Below, in pieces: positions 9,851 through 18,707 of a DNA stretch of 29,239 bases (positions are counted from its first letter, which is position 1; every line of letters begins with the position of its first letter). Position numbers and translations under genes: made by a program. The DNA is from Oculatellaceae cyanobacterium bins.114 (GTDB taxonomy: Bacteria; Cyanobacteriota; Cyanobacteriia; Elainellales; Elainellaceae), in the NCBI GenBank assembly GCA_033764315.1, contig JANRJA010000165.1:1-29239 (forward strand), in the 5' to 3' direction. The notes beneath the pieces were generated by a model that worked only from the letters and a program-made list of their open reading frames with translations, made no database searches and had not been told where the DNA came from.

Positions 9851-9917
9851 ATAACGTCTTTAAAGCAAGTCTTGAAAAGCCGTTTGACAGTTTTTGTCAA
9901 AAGCTCCTTCTAAGTAT

Positions 9918-9935
9918 TGAAAAATATTTTTAGCT
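9918..9935. promoter_or_regulatory. Fur-box-like operator, copy 1
   Basis: TGAAAAA-T-ATTTTTA resembles the 7-1-7 consensus TGATAAT-N-ATTATCA. 15 nt are repeated in inverted orientation at 10059-10073. Confidence 0.45.
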
Positions 9936-10058
9936 CTAAAGCAAGAGCTTGTTTTTTGAGAACCTGCTTCATAAAACCTCGAAAGTCTTTAACAGAGGCA
10001 TCTCAAGTCCAGAAAAGATAGATTAAAGCTACTGACTAGGGTCGTTAGAAGTCATGAA

Positions 10059-10077
10059 AGCTAAAAATATTTTCCAT
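10059..10077. promoter_or_regulatory. Fur-box-like operator, copy 2, upstream of futA
   Basis: AGCTAAAAATATTTT is the exact reverse complement of 9921-9935. Confidence 0.45.
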
Positions 10078-10219
10078 CTAATTAGGAATTACTCGCATTA
10101 ATAGTACAATACATCGTGGCTCGACTCTGAGCTAGATGCCCTGTCTATGGTCTACAAGGTCAGTGTTCTCAGGGTTGACTCGTTAGCAACAAGGTTATTT
10201 TTTTAGGAGAAAGGAAAGC

Positions 10220-11305
10220 ATGAACATTTCGAGACGGACTTTTATGAGAGCTGGGCTAGGGGCAGGCAGTGCCCTAACAGCGATCGCCCTTGGTTCTCTA
10301 GGTCAGGCTCAATCAGGCTTGGCTCAAGGAACCACCCGTCGTCCTGCTCAGGGAGGGGTACTTAATCTCTACTCAGCGCGTCATTACGACACAGACGATT
10401 CCCTCTACAGCAGCTTTTCTGATCGCACTGGGGTGCAAATTAACCTGGTCGAAGCGGATGCTGATCAACTCATCGAACGGATCAAAAGCGAAGGAGCCAA
10501 TAGCCCTGCGGATGTTTTGATGACCGTTGATGCTGGGCGGCTGTGGCGTGCTCAACAGGATGGCTTGTTTCAACCGATTGCCTCAAGTGTTCTCGAACAG
10601 GCCATTCCTGCCAATTTAAGAGAGCCTCAAGGCAATTGGTTTGGCTTGTCTAAACGAGCACGGGTGATTGTTTACAACAAAGACCGGGTGAACCCAGCAG
10701 AACTCTCAACCTATGAGAATTTGGTTGATTCCAAATGGCGAGAACGCATTTTAGTGCGCTCATCAACAAACATCTACAACCAATCCTTGACCGGAGCAAT
10801 TTTGGCCGCTATTGGCTCTCAAGCCACAGAGCAATGGGCTAGAGGCTTAGCCGCTAACTTTGCTCGTCCACCAGAAGGCAATGACACGGCTCAAATTCAA
10901 GCGGTTGCCGCAGGTGTAGGAGATTTGGCGATCGTGAATACTTACTATGTAGCGCGGTTGGCAAAATCTCAGAACCCAGAAGAGCGGGCGATCGCAGAGC
11001 AAGTGGGTATTTTCTTCCCCAATCAGCGCGATCGTGGTACTCATGTCAACATCAGCGGCGCAGGAGTGCTTCGGACAGCCCGCAACAAAGATGCAGCCAT
11101 TCAGTTTCTCGAACACTTGGTTAGCCCTCAAGCGCAAGAAATCTTTGCGTTAGGCAATAACGAGTATCCAGTTGTAGCCGGAGCACCCATTGACTCCACC
11201 ATTCGTGGGTTTGGGCAATTCCGCGAAGACACGGTGAATGCGGCTGTGTTTGGGCGCAACAACGCTGAAGCACTGCGAATCATGGATCGCGCTGGTTGGC
11301 GGTAG
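10220..11305 (+). CDS. futA: Fe(III) ABC transporter periplasmic binding protein (FutA/IdiA), Tat-exported
   Basis: SRRTFM twin-arginine signal; [49 protein letters not shown]. Confidence 0.96.
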   Translation: MNISRRTFMRAGLGAGSALTAIALGSLGQAQSGLAQGTTRRPAQGGVLNLYSARHYDTDDSLYSSFSDRTGVQINLVEADADQLIERIKSEGANSPADVLMTVDAGRLWRAQQDGLFQPIASSVLEQAIPANLREPQGNWFGLSKRARVIVYNKDRVNPAELSTYENLVDSKWRERILVRSSTNIYNQSLTGAILAAIGSQATEQWARGLAANFARPPEGNDTAQIQAVAAGVGDLAIVNTYYVARLAKSQNPEERAIAEQVGIFFPNQRDRGTHVNISGAGVLRTARNKDAAIQFLEHLVSPQAQEIFALGNNEYPVVAGAPIDSTIRGFGQFREDTVNAAVFGRNNAEALRIMDRAGWR

Positions 11306-11403
11306 AGATGTTGGTCTAGAACACCTCTACCGTTGTAGCAAAGTGGGTTCATCATTGCAGGTGTGCCCACTTCATTCATACATTACTCAATTTGTTAGGA
11401 GAA

Positions 11404-11447
11404 AGGGTAAGGGTAGAGGGGTAAATGGGTGGATGGGTAGATGGGTA
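11404..11447. repeat. short tandem G-rich octamer repeats (STRR-like)
   Basis: GGGTAAAT GGGTGGAT GGGTAGAT GGGTAAAA; the same unit occurs at 14070-14170. Confidence 0.7.
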
Positions 11448-11540
11448 AAATGTGAACCCAGGTTTGGCTCATCTGCTCTCTGACTCCTCTCCTATTCCCT
11501 AGTGCATACTTAGAAGAGCTTTTGTGCAAGCAATCATTCA

Positions 11541-11627
11541 ACCCTCATCCCCAACCCTTCTCCCACAGGAGAAGGGAGCCGGACTGAAAGTCCCTCTCCT
11601 GCGGGAGAGGGATTTAGGGTGAGGGTA
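11541..11627. repeat. cyanobacterial multi-hairpin REP/MITE-like palindromic element
   Basis: ACCCTCATCCC...AGGGTGAGGGT outer stem enclosing CCCTTCTCC/GGAGAAGGG and CCCTCTCC/GGAGAGGG hairpins. Related copy at ~22583-22660. Confidence 0.8.
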
Positions 11628-11715
11628 GAGCAGATTGATGCAAAACAGGTTTCCTGAAACTGCACTAGCGTCTCCTCCCTCCTTGTTGCCACGTCTTTCA
11701 TCTCTAAATACTTTT

Positions 11716-12207
11716 ATGAAACATGCTATTTCCCCTGTGCTGTGCCTATTGTTACTGGGAGGGGCGATCGCCAGTTGCGCGAAGCCAGATCCTCAAACCC
11801 AACTCCTGCAAACGAAGGATTGTATTGAATGTGATTTGCAAGGGATGGATTTGAGTCAGGCTGACTTGAGTCAAGCCAAATTGAACCAGGCAAATCTCAG
11901 CAACGCCAACCTCAGTGGTACAGATTTGAGTCAGGCTTTGTTAGATAGTGTTAATTTAAGTAACGCCAATCTCAGCGGCGCGAACCTCAGTATGGCTGGG
12001 CTTGCCTCTGCCACCCTCACAGATGCCAACCTCACAGGTGCCAATTTAGAAGGGGGATTTTTGAGGACTGCCAACTTGAGCAACGCCAATCTTAGCGGTG
12101 CAAATCTGACTAACAGCGACTTGACCGGAGCCATTTTGACCAATACCAACCTGGAGGGTGCCAATTTGAAGGGGGCGATTATGCCTGATGGCAGCATTCA
12201 TGAATAG
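11716..12207 (+). CDS. pentapeptide repeat lipoprotein
   Basis: MKH..hydrophobic..IASC lipobox, LLQTKDCIECDL cap, then A(N/D)LS repeats and IMPDG end. ATG 11716 preferred over TTG 11635. Confidence 0.92.
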   Translation: MKHAISPVLCLLLLGGAIASCAKPDPQTQLLQTKDCIECDLQGMDLSQADLSQAKLNQANLSNANLSGTDLSQALLDSVNLSNANLSGANLSMAGLASATLTDANLTGANLEGGFLRTANLSNANLSGANLTNSDLTGAILTNTNLEGANLKGAIMPDGSIHE

Positions 12208-12223
12208 AATTGGCCCTAATCTA

Positions 12224-12385
12224 ACCTGAGTTCGGGATCAGGATCTTGGCGGTTGAAACCGCAGCTATACGAGCAAAACCGACCTACATTGGTTTAGTAA
12301 CCTTTGATTTTGGTAGTCCGCGAAGGCGGACTTCGCTCTGGTAGCCGCAAATTTATTCGCTGGGCTGCTTAAACCGAACTGACCC
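12224..12385. mobile_element. MITE flanked by TA
   Basis: TA-ACCTGAGTTCGG...CCGAACTGACCC-TA imperfect terminal repeats; internal hairpins GCGGTTGAAACCGC and AGTCCGCGAAGGCGGACT. Confidence 0.75.
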
Positions 12386-12398
12386 TAATCTATTGACC

Positions 12399-14048
12399 CT
12401 ACTCAGCACGCACCATTTGCCGACTTAATAAAATCACAGGGAGGACTCCAACAGCGACGATGGCTAAGGCCGGGGCAGCAGCTTCGGCGAGACGCTCATC
12501 CGCGGCAAGTTGATAAACCCGTACAGCCAATGTATCAAAGTTAAAGGGGCGAACGATCAAAGTGGCGGGTAGCTCTTTCATCACATCGACAAACACCAGG
12601 ATGGCTGCGGTCAGCAATCCCCCTCGAATTAAGGGAGCGTGAATACGCAAAAGGGTGCTGGTGGGGGAGTGCCCCAGAGAACGAGCCGCGTCATCCAGGT
12701 TGGGTTTGACTCGCCCTAAGCTGGACTCAACTGACCCCAGGGCGATCGCCAGAAAGCGTACGAGATAAGCAAAAACCAGGGCAATAATGGTGCCACTGAG
12801 CAACAATCCTGTAGAAATTCCAATCGTATTGCGCAAGACAGTATCGATGGCGTTATCAAGCCGACCCATCGGCACGAGCACCCCAACCGCGATGACTGAG
12901 CCGGGGACAGCATAGCCAATCGAGGCCAGCCGCACTGCCAGCACCGTACTCATAGCTGGATGTAAACGGATGCCGTATGCCAGCACCAGAGCGATCGCCA
13001 CCCCCAACACTGCTGTCAACACAGCTAGAGTAAAACTGTTGCGGGCAAAACTCCAAAAACGCTCATCTAGCAGTTGACTCGTATTCTTGAGAGTGAGATG
13101 CAATAACACCCCAGTTGGTACTACAAAGCCCAGACTGAGAGGCAAAAGGCAGATGAATTGGGCGATCGCGGCTCGCCAACCGCGCAGTTGATATTTGGGT
13201 GGAGTTTGATAGCGGGTGTGGTGATAGCGGGCTTGTCGTCGCAACCACCGTTCTACAAAGATCAGTCCGGAGACAAAGACGAGCAGTACCGCTGCTAATT
13301 GAGAGGCGGCCAACCGTTCGCCCATGCCAAACCAGGTGCGATAGATCCCGGTCGTAAAGGTATCTACGCCAAAAAATTCCACGGTGCCAAAGTCACTCAG
13401 AGTTTCCATCAAAGCCAGCGCAACCCCAGTAGCGATCGCCGGACGCGCCAGGGGCAATGCCACCCGGTAGAAGCTTTGCCAGGGAGTGCAACCTAAACTG
13501 CGACTCGCTTCTAAAGTGCAGGTGGATTGTTCTAGAAAAGTGGTTCGGGTCAACAGATAAACATAGGGATAGAGCACCAACGTCAACATCAGCACTGCCC
13601 CACCTAACGAACGAATATCTGGAAACCAGTAATCGCTGACTCGCTCCCAACCAAACACAGTCCGCAAAGCCCCCTGAACGGGACCATAAAACTCCAGTAA
13701 CTCAGTGTACACATATGCCAACAAGTAGGCAGGAGCCGCCAACGGCAGGAGCAATCCCCACTCTAGCCAGCGACTGCCTTTGAATTGGCAACACGTTACT
13801 AACCAAGCCGTGCTAACCCCAATTAAGATCACCCCTGTACCGACCCCCAGCATCAGCCCAACTGAGTTCAGCACATATCGCCCCAACACGGTTGAGACTA
13901 GGTGTAGCCAGACCTCACGAGTGGGCGCAAATAAGCTGCTCAACACAAATAAGATCGGGATCGCAGGCAAGAGGGCGATCGCACTTACCATGAGAGTCCA
14001 TTGATTAAGCCAATCAGCCGAATATGGACGGTCGAGTCTTTGAATCAT
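12399..14048 (-). CDS. futB: Fe(III) ABC transporter permease
   Basis: Two EAA-type loops (EASRSLG, DAARSLG); LPLAAPAYLLAY, METLSDFG, GYAVPGSV, FVDVMKELPATL. Confidence 0.96.
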   Translation of the reverse strand: MIQRLDRPYSADWLNQWTLMVSAIALLPAIPILFVLSSLFAPTREVWLHLVSTVLGRYVLNSVGLMLGVGTGVILIGVSTAWLVTCCQFKGSRWLEWGLLLPLAAPAYLLAYVYTELLEFYGPVQGALRTVFGWERVSDYWFPDIRSLGGAVLMLTLVLYPYVYLLTRTTFLEQSTCTLEASRSLGCTPWQSFYRVALPLARPAIATGVALALMETLSDFGTVEFFGVDTFTTGIYRTWFGMGERLAASQLAAVLLVFVSGLIFVERWLRRQARYHHTRYQTPPKYQLRGWRAAIAQFICLLPLSLGFVVPTGVLLHLTLKNTSQLLDERFWSFARNSFTLAVLTAVLGVAIALVLAYGIRLHPAMSTVLAVRLASIGYAVPGSVIAVGVLVPMGRLDNAIDTVLRNTIGISTGLLLSGTIIALVFAYLVRFLAIALGSVESSLGRVKPNLDDAARSLGHSPTSTLLRIHAPLIRGGLLTAAILVFVDVMKELPATLIVRPFNFDTLAVRVYQLAADERLAEAAAPALAIVAVGVLPVILLSRQMVRAE

Positions 14049-14064
14049 TGGGAGGCTCAGGAGT

Positions 14065-14172
14065 GGAGGAGTAGATGGGTGGATGAGCGAAGGAGCGAAT
14101 TAAGGAAATATGTAGGGTATGCATCTACCCATCGACCCGCTTACCCATTCACCCATCTACCCATCCACCCCT
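14065..14172. repeat. inverted blocks of octamer repeats in the futB leader
   Basis: GAGTAGATGGGTGGATG opposed to ACCCATTCACCCATCTACCCATCCACCC. Confidence 0.7.
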
Positions 14173-14184
14173 TTCTGAGATAAA

Positions 14185-14199
14185 TGAGAATTAATATCA
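14185..14199. promoter_or_regulatory. Fur box between divergent futB and futC
   Basis: TGAGAAT-T-AATATCA, a 12/14 match to TGATAAT-N-ATTATCA. Confidence 0.7.
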
Positions 14200-14274
14200 A
14201 AAACTACTTTACTATGAAGCCGGAATTGTTGATGATTTGAAGGCACTTTGATACTTACTAGTCCACTCCTTGAC

Positions 14275-15345
14275 ATGCCTGCTATCTTGCAACTCGATGG
14301 TATTTATCGACAATTTCCGCGATCGCCCCAGCCTGCCGTTCAAGGGGTGTCGCTGAGGTTGCAGCAGGGCGATCTGTTGAGTTTGTTGGGGCCATCGGGC
14401 TGTGGCAAAACAACGCTGTTGCGACTGATTGCAGGGTTTGAGCAACCCCAGGCAGGGGCGATCGCTCTGGCGGGACGAACCGTTGCGGGAGAGGGCGTTT
14501 GGGTTCCTCCAGAGCGGCGTGACGTGGGGATGGTGTTTCAAGACTATGCGTTGTTTCCCCATTTAACCGTTGCTGAAAATATCGCCTTTGGGTTACAGCA
14601 ACGGGGGGCATCCGCCAAAGAGTTGGTCAAGGAGCGAGTCACAGAGGCGATCGCCCTGATCGGCTTGAGTGGTAAAGAACAGCGATATCCCCACGAGTTA
14701 TCGGGCGGTCAACAACAGCGGATTGCCCTCGCTCGTGCGCTGGCTCCGCGTCCTAAATTGATCTTGCTCGACGAACCGTTAAGCAATCTGGATGTGCAGG
14801 TGCGCTGGCGATTGCGTCAGGAAGTGCGAGACATTCTCAAGGCGACCCATACCTCTGGGGTGTTTGTCACCCACGACCAGGAAGAAGCTCTGGCGATCGC
14901 CGATCAGGTGGCGGTGATGCGTCAGGGGAAACTGGAGCAGATCGGTACACCAGAGGAAATCTATCGTCAGCCCACTTCACGGTTTGTGGCAGAGTTTGTC
15001 ACCCAGGCTAATTTCATTCCCGCACAACGGTCTGAGCGAGGTTGGGAAACGGAGGTGGGGGTATTTCCGGCAACGGATGATGGAGATAGTTTTGGGGGAG
15101 CGGATAGTGGAATGAAACTGACGGGAGATGTGATGATCTGTCAGGAGGATCTGGTTGTAGAACCGGATGAAGCTGGAGTGGTGGTGGTGCGCGATCGCCA
15201 ATTTTTGGGACGAGAATACTGTTATTTTCTACAAACGCGATCGGGCAAGTTGCTCTATGCTCGAACTCCTGCCACCTCTGCGCTGTTAGTTGGCACCTCT
15301 GTGAAGGTATCCGCCACCCAGTTTAAGGTCTTTCCAGCGGTTTGA
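14275..15345 (+). CDS. futC: Fe(III) ABC transporter ATP-binding protein
   Basis: GPSGCGKTT, MVFQDYALFPHL, LSGGQQQR, LLDEP, TOBE-like tail. ATG 14275 (alternative TTG 14248). Confidence 0.94.
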   Translation: MPAILQLDGIYRQFPRSPQPAVQGVSLRLQQGDLLSLLGPSGCGKTTLLRLIAGFEQPQAGAIALAGRTVAGEGVWVPPERRDVGMVFQDYALFPHLTVAENIAFGLQQRGASAKELVKERVTEAIALIGLSGKEQRYPHELSGGQQQRIALARALAPRPKLILLDEPLSNLDVQVRWRLRQEVRDILKATHTSGVFVTHDQEEALAIADQVAVMRQGKLEQIGTPEEIYRQPTSRFVAEFVTQANFIPAQRSERGWETEVGVFPATDDGDSFGGADSGMKLTGDVMICQEDLVVEPDEAGVVVVRDRQFLGREYCYFLQTRSGKLLYARTPATSALLVGTSVKVSATQFKVFPAV

Positions 15346-15409
15346 TTCATCCCACATCCCACGTTCTCGATTTGGTAGACTGACTGCATTGATTGGGCTA
15401 AGTTGACCT

Positions 15410-16036
15410 ATGGCTATGGCGGTCGATCCAGTAATTCAACAGCAGCCACTGAGCTTTGACGAGTTTCTCACTCGTTATGGTGGCGATAACCGCTACGAAC
15501 TGATCGATGGAGAGGTGTTTGATTTGGAACCAGTCGGTTTACATGAGGAAGTTTCTGCCTTCATTACCGCAAAGCTCTGTGTTCAAATTGAAGCCATCGG
15601 TTTACCCTGGTTTGTGCTTCAACGGGGACTATTGCGCCCTTCTAACATGGGCATGACCGCGTTTCGACCCGATGTCGCCGTGGTTGATCGAGATGAATTG
15701 ATCAAAGAACCGCTTTGGTCTGAGCAATCGATTTTGACGCTGGGCAGTTCGATCAAGTTTGTTGCAGAAGTGGTGAGTCGCAATTGGCAAAATGACTATG
15801 CCCGAAAAGTTGAAGATTACGCCGTTTTGGGCATTTCTGAATATTGGATAGCAGACTACGCCGGATTGGGGGGGACTCGACACATTGGCAATCCCAAACA
15901 ACCCACTCTGTCTATTTGTACGTTAGTCGATGGGGAATATGAAATTCAGCCATTGCGAGGCGACCAAGCGATTGTCTCTCCCACCTTCCCAAATTTAACT
16001 CTCACGGCTGAGCAGGTGTTGCAGGCTGGTCGATAG
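15410..16036 (+). CDS. Uma2 family (DUF820) endonuclease
   Basis: RYELIDGE, H, RPDVAVV, VAEVVS, DY.RK..DYA.LGI.EYWI, SPTFP.L.L. Confidence 0.93.
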   Translation: MAMAVDPVIQQQPLSFDEFLTRYGGDNRYELIDGEVFDLEPVGLHEEVSAFITAKLCVQIEAIGLPWFVLQRGLLRPSNMGMTAFRPDVAVVDRDELIKEPLWSEQSILTLGSSIKFVAEVVSRNWQNDYARKVEDYAVLGISEYWIADYAGLGGTRHIGNPKQPTLSICTLVDGEYEIQPLRGDQAIVSPTFPNLTLTAEQVLQAGR

Positions 16037-16136
16037 TACCTGAGGGACTTCAGATCCCCGATTGCTGAAGAATGAAGGTATTTCAGATCTCCGGTTGCTT
16101 CAAGCAGCCGGGAATTTAATAGGAGACTATCCCTGA

Positions 16137-16730
16137 TTAACGGCTAGCTGAAAGCCCTTGCTGAAATGCTTGTACAGCTTCTGCCAAACTTGTCTCACCC
16201 AATAAAATGCAGCGTTTTAGCAAATCTAGATCGAGAGATGTCAGTCCTGGTAGTTCACTCTGACTGACTTCCTCATAAACCGCTTCTCGCAAATGATAGA
16301 GTCGCAGTGTACCGTCCTCCCAGAACCAGACTTCGGGTACTTTCAACGTCCGGTATTTTGGTAGTTTGCTCAACCCACCACTGGTGTAGACTACCTCAAT
16401 CGACAAGTCAGGAATCGGTTTCGCTTCTCCCAAGCAATAGGATTTATCCGCTTGGGTTGAAACTTCTCCCTCTTTTTCTTGAGTCATAGAACCAGATGGA
16501 TGAAACTGAATTCCCTGCATCAGCAGGAAAGTCGTCACTAAGTAGCCAATGATTTCTGAAAAGTTTTCGTGTTGAAATCCTGGCATGAGAATTTCGATGG
16601 TGCCTGCAAAAAAAGAAAGCTTAACCCCAGGCGAATCTTCCGAAGCCTTTTGAATCAACTTAAACTGCTCCCAAGTACCGTTGAGTACCACTCGCTGATC
16701 GAGGGTTTCCCTTAAGAGAGTCTGTGTCAT
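16137..16730 (-). CDS. Uma2 family endonuclease (second subtype)
   Basis: EILMPGFQHE, ADKSYC, PDLSIEVV.TSG, KY..L.VPEVWFW. True start likely ATG 16730; the ORF-track extension overlaps the next gene. Confidence 0.92.
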   Translation of the reverse strand: MTQTLLRETLDQRVVLNGTWEQFKLIQKASEDSPGVKLSFFAGTIEILMPGFQHENFSEIIGYLVTTFLLMQGIQFHPSGSMTQEKEGEVSTQADKSYCLGEAKPIPDLSIEVVYTSGGLSKLPKYRTLKVPEVWFWEDGTLRLYHLREAVYEEVSQSELPGLTSLDLDLLKRCILLGETSLAEAVQAFQQGLSASR

Positions 16731-16857
16731 GAAATCATGCTCTGGTGAATTGCCTATCCTCATCATATAGCGACAGATTCTCTCGTTTCCCAAGCTATAG
16801 TCAAAAACGCGAGTTTTGAACTCCCCGGCTGCTGGCAGCAACCGGAGAGTTAGCAAG

Positions 16858-18357
16858 CTAAAAGTCATTGGTGAGGATGGCTTCGCCGCGCCGATGCAAT
16901 TCACGGGCATAGTCTGTCCAGGTGCCCTGCCCCCAATAGCGGAAACAACTCGTTTGCAGCAAGAGATTGTGCAGCAATGCGTTGCGATAGCGAGTTTGCT
17001 GAGCCAGAGAGGGATCAGCGGCTAGTAAGGGATCGATCACTTGATGAAAGTGATTGCTGAGTTGAGCCATCGGGGTCAAAACATTTTCGTAGCCCTTAGT
17101 CCAACTGAGGTTGTTAGTCCAGGAGCTACCATCCATATGGAAGTTGGGAATCTCTTGTTTGAGAGCGTCAATGGTTTGGGCAACTGATTCGGTCGTGGTG
17201 GAATCGGGGTCAACTCGGCTCCAGATGTGGTGTTGTCCCACGGCTTGACAGGGGGGGTAATCATCAGGATTGCAGCCCGCCGCTTCGATCAGTTCCAAAT
17301 ATTCAGTGCCATTTAGCCCCACAACACCGCGATTGCCCTGCCCGCGCAGGTCATACCAGGCCGTCTTAAACGCACTGGGGAACTCATTCATCATCACTCC
17401 CCCATTTTCACCGTCCCCAATTTGGGACACCAGGGGCGGAATGGAGACACCGCTAATGGTTTGGCGAGTGAGCGTCTTGGCTTCGTAATAGGGCTGCATT
17501 TGCCCCACGAGTTTGGTGTCAGACCCTTGAGTTTTAATCAAAGCGGTGATGCTGATACTTTCTCCGTGAGAGTTGCGGGCGACGAGGCGATGGGGAAGGT
17601 GTTTGTAGCCCAGGGATTCCCCCGTTAAGGTTTCTACAGAGTGTTCCTGTACGAGAATCCAGCGGTAGCCACAATCTTTTAGGGCTTTGACAAATTCATA
17701 GAGCGTATCGGGATGGTTGGGCAAATGCATCTCTGGCGGTGAGAAGCCTTTGACTCGTGCCAGAGCATCCCAACCAAAAATCGCGGCGAAGTGGTGTTGC
17801 CATGCTTGGATGTGGAGCTTGATATCGGGAATGGGGGTCGAGGGCACAACGGCATGGCTCCACATGGTGCCGAGCCACTCGACATAGGGTTGATAGGTGC
17901 GATCGCAGGCAATCCGTTTGAGCGAGTCGAGCACATCATCCCGTCCCATTTGCCGCAAGCCCCACAGCAAATTGCCAGAGTAGTCGAGCATGACACGAGG
18001 GTTACAGCCCTGACTCACCAGCTTTGGAATCAAGTCGCCCATGCGGGAATAGCACCACGCAAATACCCCAGCGTTGTGATTATCACCCTCGCCCTGATGC
18101 TCAAACATATATTGCAGGTTGCTGATCAGTTCGCCGTTTGCCCCTGCCGGAATGGTGGGTTGGTGCATATGCAGGGCGATCGCACATCCAGCGGTAATAT
18201 TCTCTAATTGAAGATTGGTATCGAGTAGAAACACTGAACCCGATTGTTGCGTCACATTAGATACCTGAGATTCCCAACCACTGAGATTGGGCAACCCATC
18301 AATGAGTTCTGGAAACTCAGAAGCCGTCGCGGCACTGGATGAAGGGGCAGATAGCAT
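16858..18357 (-). CDS. glycoside hydrolase family 57-like protein
   Basis: ALHMHQP, GFSPPEM, GDGENGG, LQTSCFRYW motifs. AGGAGA RBS. Confidence 0.88.
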   Translation of the reverse strand: MLSAPSSSAATASEFPELIDGLPNLSGWESQVSNVTQQSGSVFLLDTNLQLENITAGCAIALHMHQPTIPAGANGELISNLQYMFEHQGEGDNHNAGVFAWCYSRMGDLIPKLVSQGCNPRVMLDYSGNLLWGLRQMGRDDVLDSLKRIACDRTYQPYVEWLGTMWSHAVVPSTPIPDIKLHIQAWQHHFAAIFGWDALARVKGFSPPEMHLPNHPDTLYEFVKALKDCGYRWILVQEHSVETLTGESLGYKHLPHRLVARNSHGESISITALIKTQGSDTKLVGQMQPYYEAKTLTRQTISGVSIPPLVSQIGDGENGGVMMNEFPSAFKTAWYDLRGQGNRGVVGLNGTEYLELIEAAGCNPDDYPPCQAVGQHHIWSRVDPDSTTTESVAQTIDALKQEIPNFHMDGSSWTNNLSWTKGYENVLTPMAQLSNHFHQVIDPLLAADPSLAQQTRYRNALLHNLLLQTSCFRYWGQGTWTDYARELHRRGEAILTNDF

Positions 18358-18442
18358 AAGTTCTTCTCCTGAGTGATGGGCACTGCTGTCAGTTTAGAAC
18401 ACTGAGGGAGTGGGGGAGTAAGGGAGTAGAGGAGCAAGGGGA

Positions 18443-18537
18443 AGAGACGCAATTAATCGCGTCTTTACGGGAATCGCGTCTTTGCAGGAATCGCGTCTTT
18501 ACAATTCACCAATGGTTCACCAATGGTTCACCAATCG
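18443..18537. repeat. palindrome with tandem 17-nt x3 and 11-nt x3 repeats in a divergent intergenic region
   Basis: AGAGACGC-AATTAATC-GCGTCTTT palindrome; AATCGCGTCTTT at 18455, 18472 and 18489; TTCACCAAT(G/C)G at 18505, 18516 and 18527. Confidence 0.85.
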
Positions 18538-18707
18538 CCCCTTGCCCTATCACCCTCCTAATTTCATCCGGGTGCTGGCGTAGTGCTGCTGTAAAGGAAT
18601 GAATGGGTCACGCGATCGCCCTATTCAAAACTTTTCTCTAGATACGAAAAAGCTCAGATTGCAGTGTTCCCGCTGGTATTACAGCTTATTTCAAAAGGGT
18701 TGTCATC

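Noticed and set aside
9399-9854. 151-aa Gly/Thr-rich plus-strand ORF
   Set aside because: Antisense shadow of the Pro-rich minus-strand gene.
11635-11715. TTG-started extension of the pentapeptide gene
   Set aside because: It begins at the edge of the repeat element and would bury the lipoprotein signal that starts at ATG 11716.
16731-16910. N-terminal extension of the second Uma2 ORF
   Set aside because: It overlaps the GH57 3' end and the intergenic region; the Uma2-like sequence starts at ATG 16730.
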